Assembly: GCA_963837175.1 (NCBI GenBank)
Contig: CAWIMJ010000012.1
Span: forward strand, 32,001-96,000
Length of the DNA: 64,000 nt
Source of the DNA: an uncultured Nitrososphaeraceae archaeon
Lineage (GTDB): Archaea > Thermoproteota > Nitrososphaeria > Nitrososphaerales > Nitrososphaeraceae
Direction: 5' to 3'
The notes below the pieces were generated by a model, which was not told where the DNA came from, searched no databases, and worked only from the letters and a program-made list of their open reading frames with translations. The position numbers were made by a program, and so were the translations under genes. Of this stretch, positions 1 to 9,902 are shown piece after piece (position 1 is the stretch's first letter; each line of letters starts with the position of its first letter).

Positions 1-439
1 TGGTGTACTTTGAAATCAACAATTTTCTTTGCTTTTCAGTTCTTCTCATTGGTAACGTTTGCGTCCATCGGAGAAGTGTAAAGCTTACTCTATATTAATA
101 ACTTCGCTAAAATAAAGCGCGTGTAAAAATCCGTGTAATAATTTAAAATTCGTGTAAAGCGTTGTATTACTGGGCTACACTAAATAATACTTGAATATAT
201 AGCTTATTGTATCACCGCAGTTTTCTTGTACAAATCTACTAATCTCTGGACTACATATGACATAGAATCTCTATATTTAGCCCATTTCTACTAACTCCCT
301 TGTGTATGCGGATCTATTCTATAAACTTGATGGGCTTATCTGGCATGTAGTACTTTGTAATACACCATAATGCATAGTTTACGTTATAGTATACGGTAAA
401 GTTTATGTCGTTATATATGGTAAACTTTAGATTGTAGAG

Positions 440-765
440 TTATTTAAATTGGCAAAGAAAGAGGGATGGATATGAGCAGGTCGTTAATGCTGTAGATATT
501 GCTGCTAATAAACATCCACATATGGAAGGTCTCTATAGACAAGTCAAAGATGAATAAAATAGTCCTCATCATATAAGACAACATTTGATAAATGATTTGG
601 TAAATGATATAGAAGATTTAAAATATAAAAATATCAGTATTAGATAAAACCGCATTCTCTAGTGAACAAGAGTGTAAGAGAAAAGAACAACAATTGCAAG
701 AACTTACTATTCAAAAGGATAGAATAGAAAAGTAAATTGCGAATATTTTGAATAATGATGATGTT
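440..765 (+). pseudogene. Decayed fragment of a coiled-coil hypothetical protein
   Basis: Manual translation gives LFKLAKKEG / EQVVNAVDIAANKHPHMEGLYRQVKDE* / LDKTAFSSEQECKRKEQQLQELTIQKDRIEK*IANILNNDD, broken by stops and frameshifts. It resembles multicopy Nitrososphaeraceae coiled-coil proteins (from memory). Confidence 0.45.
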
Positions 766-1035
766 TTTTTGTTATACATAAAAGAAGATAATGGGATCTT
801 CTTCAGTCAACACAGTCGACAGACATTCCGATTAGGATATAATTCTTGGCTAGAAAGTCACAAGATTAAATGATTCAGTAGAAATGCGATAAACAGATTT
901 GACTCAAATTTGCAATACATTCGTAAGAGGCTTCATATTTTTCAGTTATGTCGATATTTTAGCCCTTTTATTGAACCAATGGTTAACTATAGACCATAAA
1001 ACTTTTAGAATTAGATTATCCATATAATAATTGTA

Positions 1036-1182
1036 TTGTTTGGCAAGATAAAATGTAAACTATGTAATAATAATGTCAGATTTGCATTAAGACACTTGAA
1101 AGAAAAACATCCAGAAACATTGAAAGACACCGACGTAATAAAATTAAATATGTCAAGGATAATGGAAAAATATTTTGCATGA
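1036..1182 (+). CDS. Small C2H2-type zinc-finger protein (48 aa, not in ORF track)
   Basis: TTG start, MFGKIKCKLCNNNVRFALRHLKEKHPETLKDTDVIKLNMSRIMEKYFA*. CxxC...HxxxxH pattern. Confidence 0.7.
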   Translation: MFGKIKCKLCNNNVRFALRHLKEKHPETLKDTDVIKLNMSRIMEKYFA

Positions 1183-1770
1183 CATTATTATGAATGCAGG
1201 TTTGACAGAATCCGTTATGCTAGCACTTCAAAAATGATTTCGTATACTAATCGAATGTATGCAAATATTAAGTTTCATTACCATCCATTAGTTAAGCCAT
1301 AAAAAATATTAATTTTATAATATTATCACAGTTTGCTGTAGTATTCTTTGCCTTTTATAATATTCAAATAAATAATTCTATATTTAATCCAGAAAAAGGT
1401 ACTACTGATATTTCTGAAAATACAATACTGTAGAATCAGATTACAAATGTTGGTTTAATATATCTCACAGGGGATATAATCAATTTAGTGGAGAAGGATA
1501 TTCAACATCTACATATTCTTATCATAGACCGCAATACCACTCTCATCCAAATGCCGATAATATTGTTAACTTAAATTCCATGAAGGATTATATATTCAAA
1601 TTCAAAGTAATTATCAATCACAAACAAAGGTTTTTCGTTTACCTGGGATAGATAGATAAAAACAAAAAAATTTAAAACATAAGAATTCACATTACGAGTC
1701 AGTCAACAACATATCATAAACTATTGAAATCATATTTTTGTAAAATACATCTATCTTTTGAGATAGTATT

Positions 1771-2280
1771 TCAATAACCTTGTTTTTGTCTGACTATATC
1801 TTCAATCCTACTAATTATATTTGAATGATCAGCTTTGGCTTCTGTTGTTACATAAATGAGGTGGCAATCACTTAATGGCATGGTAATACGTTTAATCTTT
1901 TCATATTCTGCTAACACGTATTTTCCTTTTCCAATCTTTGGTGCAAGTTTGCTGCGTATTTTCCATGCATTTATGGCCAGTTTAAGTGATTCTTTACTTT
2001 CTTCTGGAGTAAGGATATTATCAACACCGTGGCGATGATCAGAGTACATTATTTTGCCGTTAATATCACTTATTGTAACTAAGCGAATGTTTGGGTCGAT
2101 ATTCATAATCTCTTCATAAATGTCCTTATAATCCCCCCATTTATGATGATGAAAAAGTTTTTTTTGATGATCCTGCTCTTTGCAGTTATCAGAACAATAG
2201 TAGTTTCCACAGCAATAACACTCTATAGCGTAATCTTGGGATTTTTTCCCACAGACAGTGCAGGTTGCGCTCATGTCCAT
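1771..2280 (-). CDS. Cys-rich (MYND/HIT-like) zinc finger fused to a roadblock-like DUF6659 domain
   Basis: N-terminal CTVC...CYCC...YCSDNC...H; C-terminal IRLVTISDINGK...IGKGKYVLAEYEKIKRITMPL, typical of thaumarchaeal DUF6659. Confidence 0.7.
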   Translation of the reverse strand: MDMSATCTVCGKKSQDYAIECYCCGNYYCSDNCKEQDHQKKLFHHHKWGDYKDIYEEIMNIDPNIRLVTISDINGKIMYSDHRHGVDNILTPEESKESLKLAINAWKIRSKLAPKIGKGKYVLAEYEKIKRITMPLSDCHLIYVTTEAKADHSNIISRIEDIVRQKQGY

Positions 2281-3053
2281 ATAATATAATATGGAAGAAG
2301 TAAAATAAAAGCTATTTTCTTTTTATATTTTCGCTTTATATCACCAATATTATAAGAAGCTTCTACTAAATGTTATAAAAACGATAGAAAACACGCAAAA
2401 CTATTGAAAATATCTTAATGGAAGTGAATATGAAGGGTATTTTCAATATCAAGTGAAAGATTATCGATCTTAGAATTATGTTTGAAGCAATAGATCGTAA
2501 AGATCTGGAAAATAAACAATGTCAACCTAATAACTGTGCTTATATAATCGTAATATAACCTTCTGAATCTACCTGCAGATATTATTGATCGTATATGATA
2601 TTACATGAAATAATGTCATCTAAAAATCAAGAAGTATTACATATTATTTGTGGGAGCCATTTTGTCGTGAACCTATACCAAATTATGGAAAAAAGATAGA
2701 TTGAACAAAAATAAATGGAAATATTATTTAGTCTGAGATTTATAATTTATAGGAAGGAACTAAAAAGTTGCCTTAATTTGGATTAAATTTTGACAAAGTA
2801 ACGTCCATTGATGAGAGAAGTGTATTAGCCAGATCTATTTAACTAACTATTTAACAAATAATTTTAATTATATATATGCTTGCTATTTTAGATAACTATG
2901 CAAATTAAAGTGCAGATTGTGGATGCTTACCAGAAAAATGTAAGCGAGCAAATGAACAAAAGAATATCCAAATTGCATTACAGATGAATGTTGCTATTTG
3001 AGTATATAGAAGAATAAACAAAATATATCTATTGTATTGTGTAAGTGGTGTAA

Positions 3054-4541
3054 ATGGGATATTTGATATTAGATAGCGACGCTGTTTTTGTTATAAGAAT
3101 AGTACTATTTGCAACTTTAATTCTGACTTTCATATTATCATTTGGATCTTACTATTTACTACAGGAGAATCAAAAAAATGCTAATACTGCATTTGGTATA
3201 ACTGATTATCCTGAGAGTGCACTTCCTTCTTCTAAAGGACCGATTATAAAAGACACTAATTTAAAGGCAGAAATAGTTTTCAAAGGATTAACATACCCTA
3301 CTGGCATGGCATTTTTAGATCAAGATGATATTTTAGTTATAGAAAAAGACACTGGCATTGTAAGAAGAATCGTAAATGGTGTAATGTTACAAGAGCCTTT
3401 GCTTGATGTCAATGTTGCAACTCAAGGACATAGAGGTATGTTAGGTATTGCCGTTAGTAACATATCATCATCATTGGATCATAAAATTAGTAATAGTAGA
3501 ACTCATTTATCTAATACCAATATCACCAAATATGTTTTCTTGTACTATACTGCTGCTTCAACAGCAGATGGCGAAGATATTGCTGAAGGGAAACAACCCC
3601 TAGGCAATGTTGTATACAGATACGAATTTGAAAATAATAAGTTGATAAATCCTAAACTGTTACTAGACCTTCCTGCGATACCGGGAGCTATTGGAAATGG
3701 TGGTAAGATTCGACTCGGCCCACATGATAAGAATTTGTATATTACTATTGGTGGAGTTGGTATTAATGGCCACCAGACTAAAGCCCAAAACATTCAGAAT
3801 GGTAAAGACCCAGATGGAACAAGTGGTATACTCGTTATTACTCAGGATGGAAACCAAGCAATAAAAAATGGCAGTGGTATTCTTGGCAATAAAGATCCTA
3901 TAAACAAATACTATGCATATGGAATGTGGAATAGTTTTGGAATAGATTTTGATCCTATGACAGGAAAGCTATGGGATACAGAAAATGGGGTAGTATTTGG
4001 TGATGAAATCAACCTTGTTGAGCCAGGATTTAACAGTGGATGGAATAAAATTGATGGTATATGGCAAAGAGGATATGCAATAGAAGATACAGAGAACCAT
4101 GCGGTCTCATCACTACAGGAAGCAAATAATTTATTAGTAGACTTTGGTGGAAAAGGAAAATACAGTTCGCCTGAATTTACATGGTTCAATGATGTTGGTC
4201 CTACCGCAATTAAATTCTTCAATTCTGATAAATTAGGTAAAGAATATGAAAGCGATATATTCGTAGGTGATATTATCAATGGGAATATATACCACTTTGA
4301 ACTAGATCAACAAAGAACTGGATTATCACTATCACCTAATGGTACTCTTGTAGATAAAGTTGTAAGCAGTTACGATAAAAATTTTGATGAAATAATATTT
4401 GGCAAAGGATTTGGCGGTATTACTGATATACAGATCGGACCTGATGACGGTTATCTATATATTCTTACATTTGACAAAACACAAGGCACGATATATAGAA
4501 TAGTTCCTACTACAACAATAACTACTGCAGGGACAAACTAA
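3054..4541 (+). CDS. PQQ-dependent glucose/sorbosone dehydrogenase family beta-propeller protein, membrane anchored
   Basis: N-terminal TM helix; motifs RGMLGIA, GGKIRLGP, YAYGMWNSFGIDFDP, WDTENG...DEINLVEPGFNSGW, FGGITDIQIGPDDG. Confidence 0.9.
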   Translation: MGYLILDSDAVFVIRIVLFATLILTFILSFGSYYLLQENQKNANTAFGITDYPESALPSSKGPIIKDTNLKAEIVFKGLTYPTGMAFLDQDDILVIEKDTGIVRRIVNGVMLQEPLLDVNVATQGHRGMLGIAVSNISSSLDHKISNSRTHLSNTNITKYVFLYYTAASTADGEDIAEGKQPLGNVVYRYEFENNKLINPKLLLDLPAIPGAIGNGGKIRLGPHDKNLYITIGGVGINGHQTKAQNIQNGKDPDGTSGILVITQDGNQAIKNGSGILGNKDPINKYYAYGMWNSFGIDFDPMTGKLWDTENGVVFGDEINLVEPGFNSGWNKIDGIWQRGYAIEDTENHAVSSLQEANNLLVDFGGKGKYSSPEFTWFNDVGPTAIKFFNSDKLGKEYESDIFVGDIINGNIYHFELDQQRTGLSLSPNGTLVDKVVSSYDKNFDEIIFGKGFGGITDIQIGPDDGYLYILTFDKTQGTIYRIVPTTTITTAGTN

Positions 4542-4739
4542 CTCGATAAATTACAGGGACGTTTGTATACTTTAACCTCCTTTCTGGAATTTGAACCCGT
4601 TCATAGGTTGCACTCTAGAACTGATATTATTTATAAGCATATATAACTAATATCTTAGGACAAAAAAAGTCCCATATGTTTAGGGTAAAAATTGTTGTTG
4701 AGATTGGCATCTACTAAAACTAAAGATCTAAGTCAAGAT

Positions 4740-4982
4740 CTATTTTTCTGATTTTGGTTTATATCTCCTATTATTACTATCTTTTCTCCGCTCCTTGACA
4801 TTTCGTATATTTTTATCATAAGTATAATATTTATAGCCAAAAAAGGCAGCTAAACTAAAATTTGGTAAAGAGAACAACAAGAAAGCAAACGATGCTAAAA
4901 ACGCTGAAAGAACAATACCAAATCCCCCAACAGTCAGAGCTATTATTAAGATCAATCTAAGGTAGTTTTTTTGAATTGGCAA
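4740..4982 (-). CDS. Small membrane protein
   Basis: Two hydrophobic segments followed by a basic tail; 80 aa. Confidence 0.6.
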   Translation of the reverse strand: MPIQKNYLRLILIIALTVGGFGIVLSAFLASFAFLLFSLPNFSLAAFFGYKYYTYDKNIRNVKERRKDSNNRRYKPKSEK

Positions 4983-5824
4983 TTACTCAGAATAAAGTAA
5001 GAAAGACACACTACTATAAAGATATTTGTACATTTTGCATGTGCAATATTTTTTAGATATAATTTATCACTAGATTTATGTTTCCTTATCTAGAATTAAA
5101 AAACTAAAATTTTATATCAGAAAAGTGGAGAAACGTGTTTTATTTTTTATACACTGTCGCTCTTTTGCTTAGTGTTATCTGTGAGGATAATGATATAATG
5201 TCATCTTAAAAGTAGCTATTATCATATATATTTATGAAACATTTCAAAAGAAAGTTGCATGATACAACCATCAATTTTGTAATAAGAAAGTGACATTAAA
5301 TAATTTCTTTAATTATAGGATCAGCCCAAGATTGATGTTTTCCTAGCTACTATCTCTTTTTTAATTAATTCTCCTATGTCATAGAAGAAATGAGTCATGT
5401 CATAATACTTGAGAAGAATATCTACTGCAATAGTATATTTTAGATATGTCAACCACTGCTACACTGATATTACAATCTTACCATATTGTTGTATACGTAT
5501 TATACCTGCGTAAAAGATCTATATCTTTTCTCTCATAGTTCGGAAAAAAGTTAAATCCATAAGCAATAGTAATACTGTTTCTGTTATATAAAAAGAGATG
5601 ACGCAGCAATAACAGTAGTAGTATGCAACTGGACCATTCATTGAATGATTCTTCAATTAAAAATAATTGTAATCATAGCACCATTCTTAGTAATTATTAA
5701 TTTTTCGATATTGTCATACCAAATATGTTTCTATTAGAGATATTTTCTTTTGATGTTGTTGCTGCTGCTAAATTATTTTGATCGCTAAGCTACATCGCCA
5801 CTACAAAATAATAGAACATACCAA

Positions 5825-6037
5825 ATGATAATATACATTAGCATTACTAGTGACTATAATTATGGATTGATCTATTATCGTGTTGTATGTCCTGCATGTG
5901 AATCAGAATTCGTTAGTTATGAAAAGTATATTGATCATGTTTTCCAAAAACATGACAATCAACCTTCACTTCGAATGAAAGCTAAGATTATAAAAAAAGG
6001 AGACAATAATGATTGTTTGCAAACGGGAGAAACCTAA
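5825..6037 (+). CDS. Small C2H2 zinc-finger protein
   Basis: CPACESEFVSYEKYIDHVFQKH matches CxxC-x12-HxxxxH. The true start may be slightly downstream. Confidence 0.7.
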   Translation: MIIYISITSDYNYGLIYYRVVCPACESEFVSYEKYIDHVFQKHDNQPSLRMKAKIIKKGDNNDCLQTGET

Positions 6038-6196
6038 GGTAGATTTACTCCTTTTACATAGATTCTATTGCCTTTTTAGAAGTAATTTCATTTTGGAAAC
6101 CTTTCAGATAGTGACGAAAATTGTAAAGTGTTGTTTTATTCGTCGGTGTCAAATTTTATTGTCGATAGGCTTTTTTAATTTTAATTTTAATCTGTA

Positions 6197-6601
6197 TCAC
6201 TCTGCTCCAAGTAATCCTAATAGATCAAATTCTTCTGATGGTTTAGACTTTATTTCTGCGATTGAAATCCAATAGCCATCTGGATCCTCAATTATTGCAT
6301 GTTTGCCAAAAGATTCATTCTTTGGTTCCTTGACGAACTTGACTTTCTTTTCTTGTAGTTGCTTAGCAGTGGACTCAAGGTCACTAACCATGAAACCCAC
6401 TAATATTCCCATACCACTTTTCATTTTATCCTTGGCCTTCTTTGCTGGATGCAAAGCTAATGTTGTGTCTCTGTTAAAGAATTCCACCCAATCAGGAGAC
6501 TTTGTTTTGATAGGCAAGCCAAGTATATCTTCATAATATTTTACAGAAGCGTCTAGATCGGATACCAAGAGAATTATTGTACCAACTTTTCTAAACAACA
6601 A
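6197..6601 (-). CDS. VOC family (glyoxalase/bleomycin resistance) protein
   Basis: LLVSDLDASVKYYEDILGL, GFMVSDLE, FGKHAIIEDPDGYWISIAE. Confidence 0.9.
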   Translation of the reverse strand: MLFRKVGTIILLVSDLDASVKYYEDILGLPIKTKSPDWVEFFNRDTTLALHPAKKAKDKMKSGMGILVGFMVSDLESTAKQLQEKKVKFVKEPKNESFGKHAIIEDPDGYWISIAEIKSKPSEEFDLLGLLGAE

Positions 6602-6730
6602 TCTACAATTACACTATGAGAATTCTCTATATATTAAGAATATGATCCCATTAGATTAAAAATACCACATTATAACAAAAAGAAATTTATGATCAATAAA
6701 AAAGTTATACTATTTAATATGTAAATTTAT

Positions 6731-6862
6731 CCCTATAGGTTTAGCGAGATCCACATATCCTTATGCAGAAATATGGTTCCCTCACCTACCCTACAAGGTT
6801 TTCTGTACACTACTAAGATTCTCAGTAAGTCTTACCCTACTTCGTTTCCGTTTCGCGTACAG
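6731..6862 (-). ncRNA. Candidate structured non-coding RNA (two hairpin domains)
   Basis: GC-richer intergenic block. Minus-strand stems CUGUACGC/GUGUACAG, UACUGAG/CUUAGUA, CCUUGUAGG/CCUAUAGGG, GGUGAG/CUCGCU, CCAUAU/AUGUGG contain G-U pairs that form only on the minus strand. TATA-like box lies upstream. Confidence 0.5.
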
Positions 6863-6886
6863 ATAGAATTAATATTCACTTAAGAC

Positions 6887-6894
6887 TATATTAA
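6887..6894 (-). promoter_or_regulatory. Putative archaeal TATA box for the candidate ncRNA
   Basis: TTAATATA on the minus strand, 24 nt before the first paired base at 6862, which fits archaeal promoter spacing. Confidence 0.4.
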
Positions 6895-7631
6895 CATTGT
6901 AGATAATATTTCTATAACAATCGGTTCTGACAAAATTAATAAGATGATTAGTCATCATTCATTCAAATATATCGTTATTTATCACTAAGAACGCAATATC
7001 GAACGCAAACTGGAATTAAAGCTCAATAACTACCTAATAATTTGAGATAATGATCAATATTAATATACAGATGTATTCAAACAATAATCATAACTATAAT
7101 ATTATTCAAATCGTCATGAACAAGGCTACTAAACAAGTTGATTGGCGAGATTAAATTATATGAACTATTGGTTATGGTATTTATAATCACTATTACATTG
7201 ATGACACTTTCAAATTAAGCCAACCACCCAATACAATTAAGAGATATTCAATATTTAAAGAAATTATCGAGGGCTATCGTTAAGGGATAAATATACAGAC
7301 ATCCCTACTCTATGAATACAAAAATGTTGTATCTTTTATTTCTCCTCCTCAAAAAGAAAGCATAAAGATATCTGAAAAATCAGGCTCTGATGAAAATACT
7401 AAGGTTCAAGAATTATAGTGGACCAAAGATTCTGTAATAAGTTAGATTTACATCTTAATACAAATGTCACATAATGACTCAAGTTTGTAGAATAGTCCAG
7501 TTGTTGCATACAGTACTAATAATATCTAGATAAAATAATGATAGATTTACATTACACAATAAGAAAAGGTATAAAGAAGTAAAAAATACGAGGTATAGTA
7601 ATACATATGCATAGGAGGAAGAATTGTTCTG

Positions 7632-9137
7632 ATGGATAAGGTATTATCATCCAGCGATAATAATAAGTGCGCATTATGTGGCAAAATATTACCATTAACT
7701 AATCAGGACAAATTCGACACAAGTAAAGAAGAATTAATTATTGATGGAATTCTTTATCGTTTTGACGCAAAAGATTGCGCTAACATGTTTAAACGTTTTA
7801 GGAGTGTATATGGTAATAAATTTAGCGAACTTCTAGGTCTAGAACAGTATATTTCTGATCCTTTTTGGAATAAAGTAATTCCTAGTGAACAAGAGATTAG
7901 TGAAATTGAAAAAGAAGCAACTGCAAAATCAGAAGATACTATACTACAGATTATCCGAGATCCTATTGAAGTACAGAAACTTGGCTTTGAACTTATTAGA
8001 TCTGCCAATGAGGAAGTATTGATAATATTTTCAACTGCTAATGCATTCCACAGACAAGAACGTATTGGAGGGATTCAATTGTTAAGGGAGGTAATCCCAA
8101 CAAAAAGAGAACTGAATATTAGAATCCTGACTCCATCAGATGAGAGAATAAAAGAAACCTCTTCAGAATTACAACATCAACTAAAAAAAGTTGAAGTTAG
8201 ACATGTAGAAGAATCGCTACAAACAAAGGTCACAGTTTTAGTTGTGGATAGAAAATACTCATTGGCTTTAGAACTCAAAGATGATACGAAGGATTCTGTA
8301 CATGAGGCGATAGGACTTGCTACTTATTCTAATAGTAAATCAACTGTAATATCTTATGTATCAATATTTGAAAGTCTTTGGAAACAAGTAGAGCTAATTG
8401 AACAGGTAACTAAGCTTATTGAAAAATCAAAAGATGAAGAAAAGATGCATAAAGAATTTATCAATATAGCTGCTCACGAATTAAGATCTCCTATTCAACC
8501 TATAGTTGGATTAGCTGAAATCCTTAGATCTAGAAAAGAAATAGAAGTTGTAAAGCAGGAGGAATTACTATCAATTATTATCAGAAATGCAAAAAGGCTG
8601 AAGGAACTTACAGAGAATATTTTAGATGTTACGAGAATTGAAAATCAGTCGCTAAAGCTACATAAGGAGTTAGTCGATATAGATGATTTGGTGGCTAATG
8701 CATTAGAAGACATTAAAACTCAAACAGATTATAAACAGAATATAAAATTAATATATAATGATTCTAAAAAAGAATCTCCTCTATTTGTAGAAGCAGACAG
8801 AGGAAGATTAACTCAAGTTATTTCCAATTTACTTAGTAATGCAATTAAATTTACCAAAGAAGGTACGATAACAGTAATTACAGAAGAAAAAAGAAGCAAT
8901 AATATCGATTTATTAATAATTAGAGTTAAGGATAATGGCACTGGTATTAATGAAGATATTATGCCTATATTATTCGAAAAATTCGCAACAAGATCAGAAA
9001 AAGGTATGGGATTAGGTCTTTTTGTATCCAAAAACATAATTGAAGCCCATGGTGGCAGAATATGGGCTGAAAATAATGCTGATGGAGAAAAAGGAGCTAC
9101 ATTTACATTTAGTCTACCCTTATTATCAACCAAATAA
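7632..9137 (+). CDS. Soluble sensor histidine kinase with N-terminal TRASH/YHS-like metal-binding motif
   Basis: H-box FINIAAHELRSP, N-box NLLSNAIKFT, G1 DNGTGI, G2 GMGLGL. N-terminal CALC...IDGILYRFDAKDCANMF. Central TrmB/PLD-like region. Confidence 0.92.
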   Translation: MDKVLSSSDNNKCALCGKILPLTNQDKFDTSKEELIIDGILYRFDAKDCANMFKRFRSVYGNKFSELLGLEQYISDPFWNKVIPSEQEISEIEKEATAKSEDTILQIIRDPIEVQKLGFELIRSANEEVLIIFSTANAFHRQERIGGIQLLREVIPTKRELNIRILTPSDERIKETSSELQHQLKKVEVRHVEESLQTKVTVLVVDRKYSLALELKDDTKDSVHEAIGLATYSNSKSTVISYVSIFESLWKQVELIEQVTKLIEKSKDEEKMHKEFINIAAHELRSPIQPIVGLAEILRSRKEIEVVKQEELLSIIIRNAKRLKELTENILDVTRIENQSLKLHKELVDIDDLVANALEDIKTQTDYKQNIKLIYNDSKKESPLFVEADRGRLTQVISNLLSNAIKFTKEGTITVITEEKRSNNIDLLIIRVKDNGTGINEDIMPILFEKFATRSEKGMGLGLFVSKNIIEAHGGRIWAENNADGEKGATFTFSLPLLSTK

Positions 9138-9540
9138 AGATAGTACCATTATTCCGGTAACTTGAAATTTTATCTTTGGATCTTACTAATAGATATGCAA
9201 TGCAGGATCAACAACATATATCTCTCGATGTTCATGCGCTGCAGAAACAACTCTCGTAGTTGGGTGTGTATACCAAAGTATATCCTAGGACAGTCGTATA
9301 CTACAAAGGATTCGAGCTGGTATACTAGTTCTTCTATAATATTCATTGCTGCTGCAGCTTATCGGTAGTATCATCAGGCAGCAAAACGAGTTTGTTGCTT
9401 ATGATCGCTGCAACTATAGTGCTAGATATTATGTTTTACAAGATCCCCAAAACTAACTGACAAATACATTACAGCTTGGAACAATTTTGGAATTGATGTT
9501 AGCAAGAGTAGTCTGAAAGTCGGTATTAAGAAAAAAGGAA

Positions 9541-9645
9541 TCTCTTCAAGATGCTGGTATTCAGTATCTTATAGTGGACTTGGCTCCGTCGAGAGAACTT
9601 GAAGCATTAGACATCTTTGCAAACGAGATCATAAGAAAATCTTGA
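9541..9645 (+). pseudogene. C-terminal remnant of an LLM-class (luciferase-like/F420) oxidoreductase
   Basis: Manual translation SLQDAGIQYLIVDLAPSRELEALDIFANEIIRKS* resembles LLM C-termini; the upstream sequence is degraded. Confidence 0.4.
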
Positions 9646-9710
9646 TTTCATAAATTGGTATGCTTTACGCCTTTTGAAACTTTAAATTTCATTCCTTATA
9701 CGATCCAGAT

Positions 9711-9899
9711 ATGCATCTAATTCAAATCTCAACTTACCCCGGAATGACAAGAGAACAAAAAGATGCCTTTGCTAAGGCAATAACAAATGCAGCCATAGAG
9801 ATTTTGAAAGCTAAACGACAGCATGTGATTATAACATATGATAAAAGACCGAGTGAAAATTGGTATATTTCAGGAGAACAGTCGTGTGAGGAGATTTGA
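9711..9899 (+). CDS. 4-oxalocrotonate tautomerase family protein (catalytic Pro1 replaced by His)
   Basis: 62 aa; IQISTYPGMTREQKDAFAKAITNA...HVIITYD...NWYISGE. Confidence 0.85.
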   Translation: MHLIQISTYPGMTREQKDAFAKAITNAAIEILKAKRQHVIITYDKRPSENWYISGEQSCEEI

Positions 9900-9902
9900 A
9901 AA

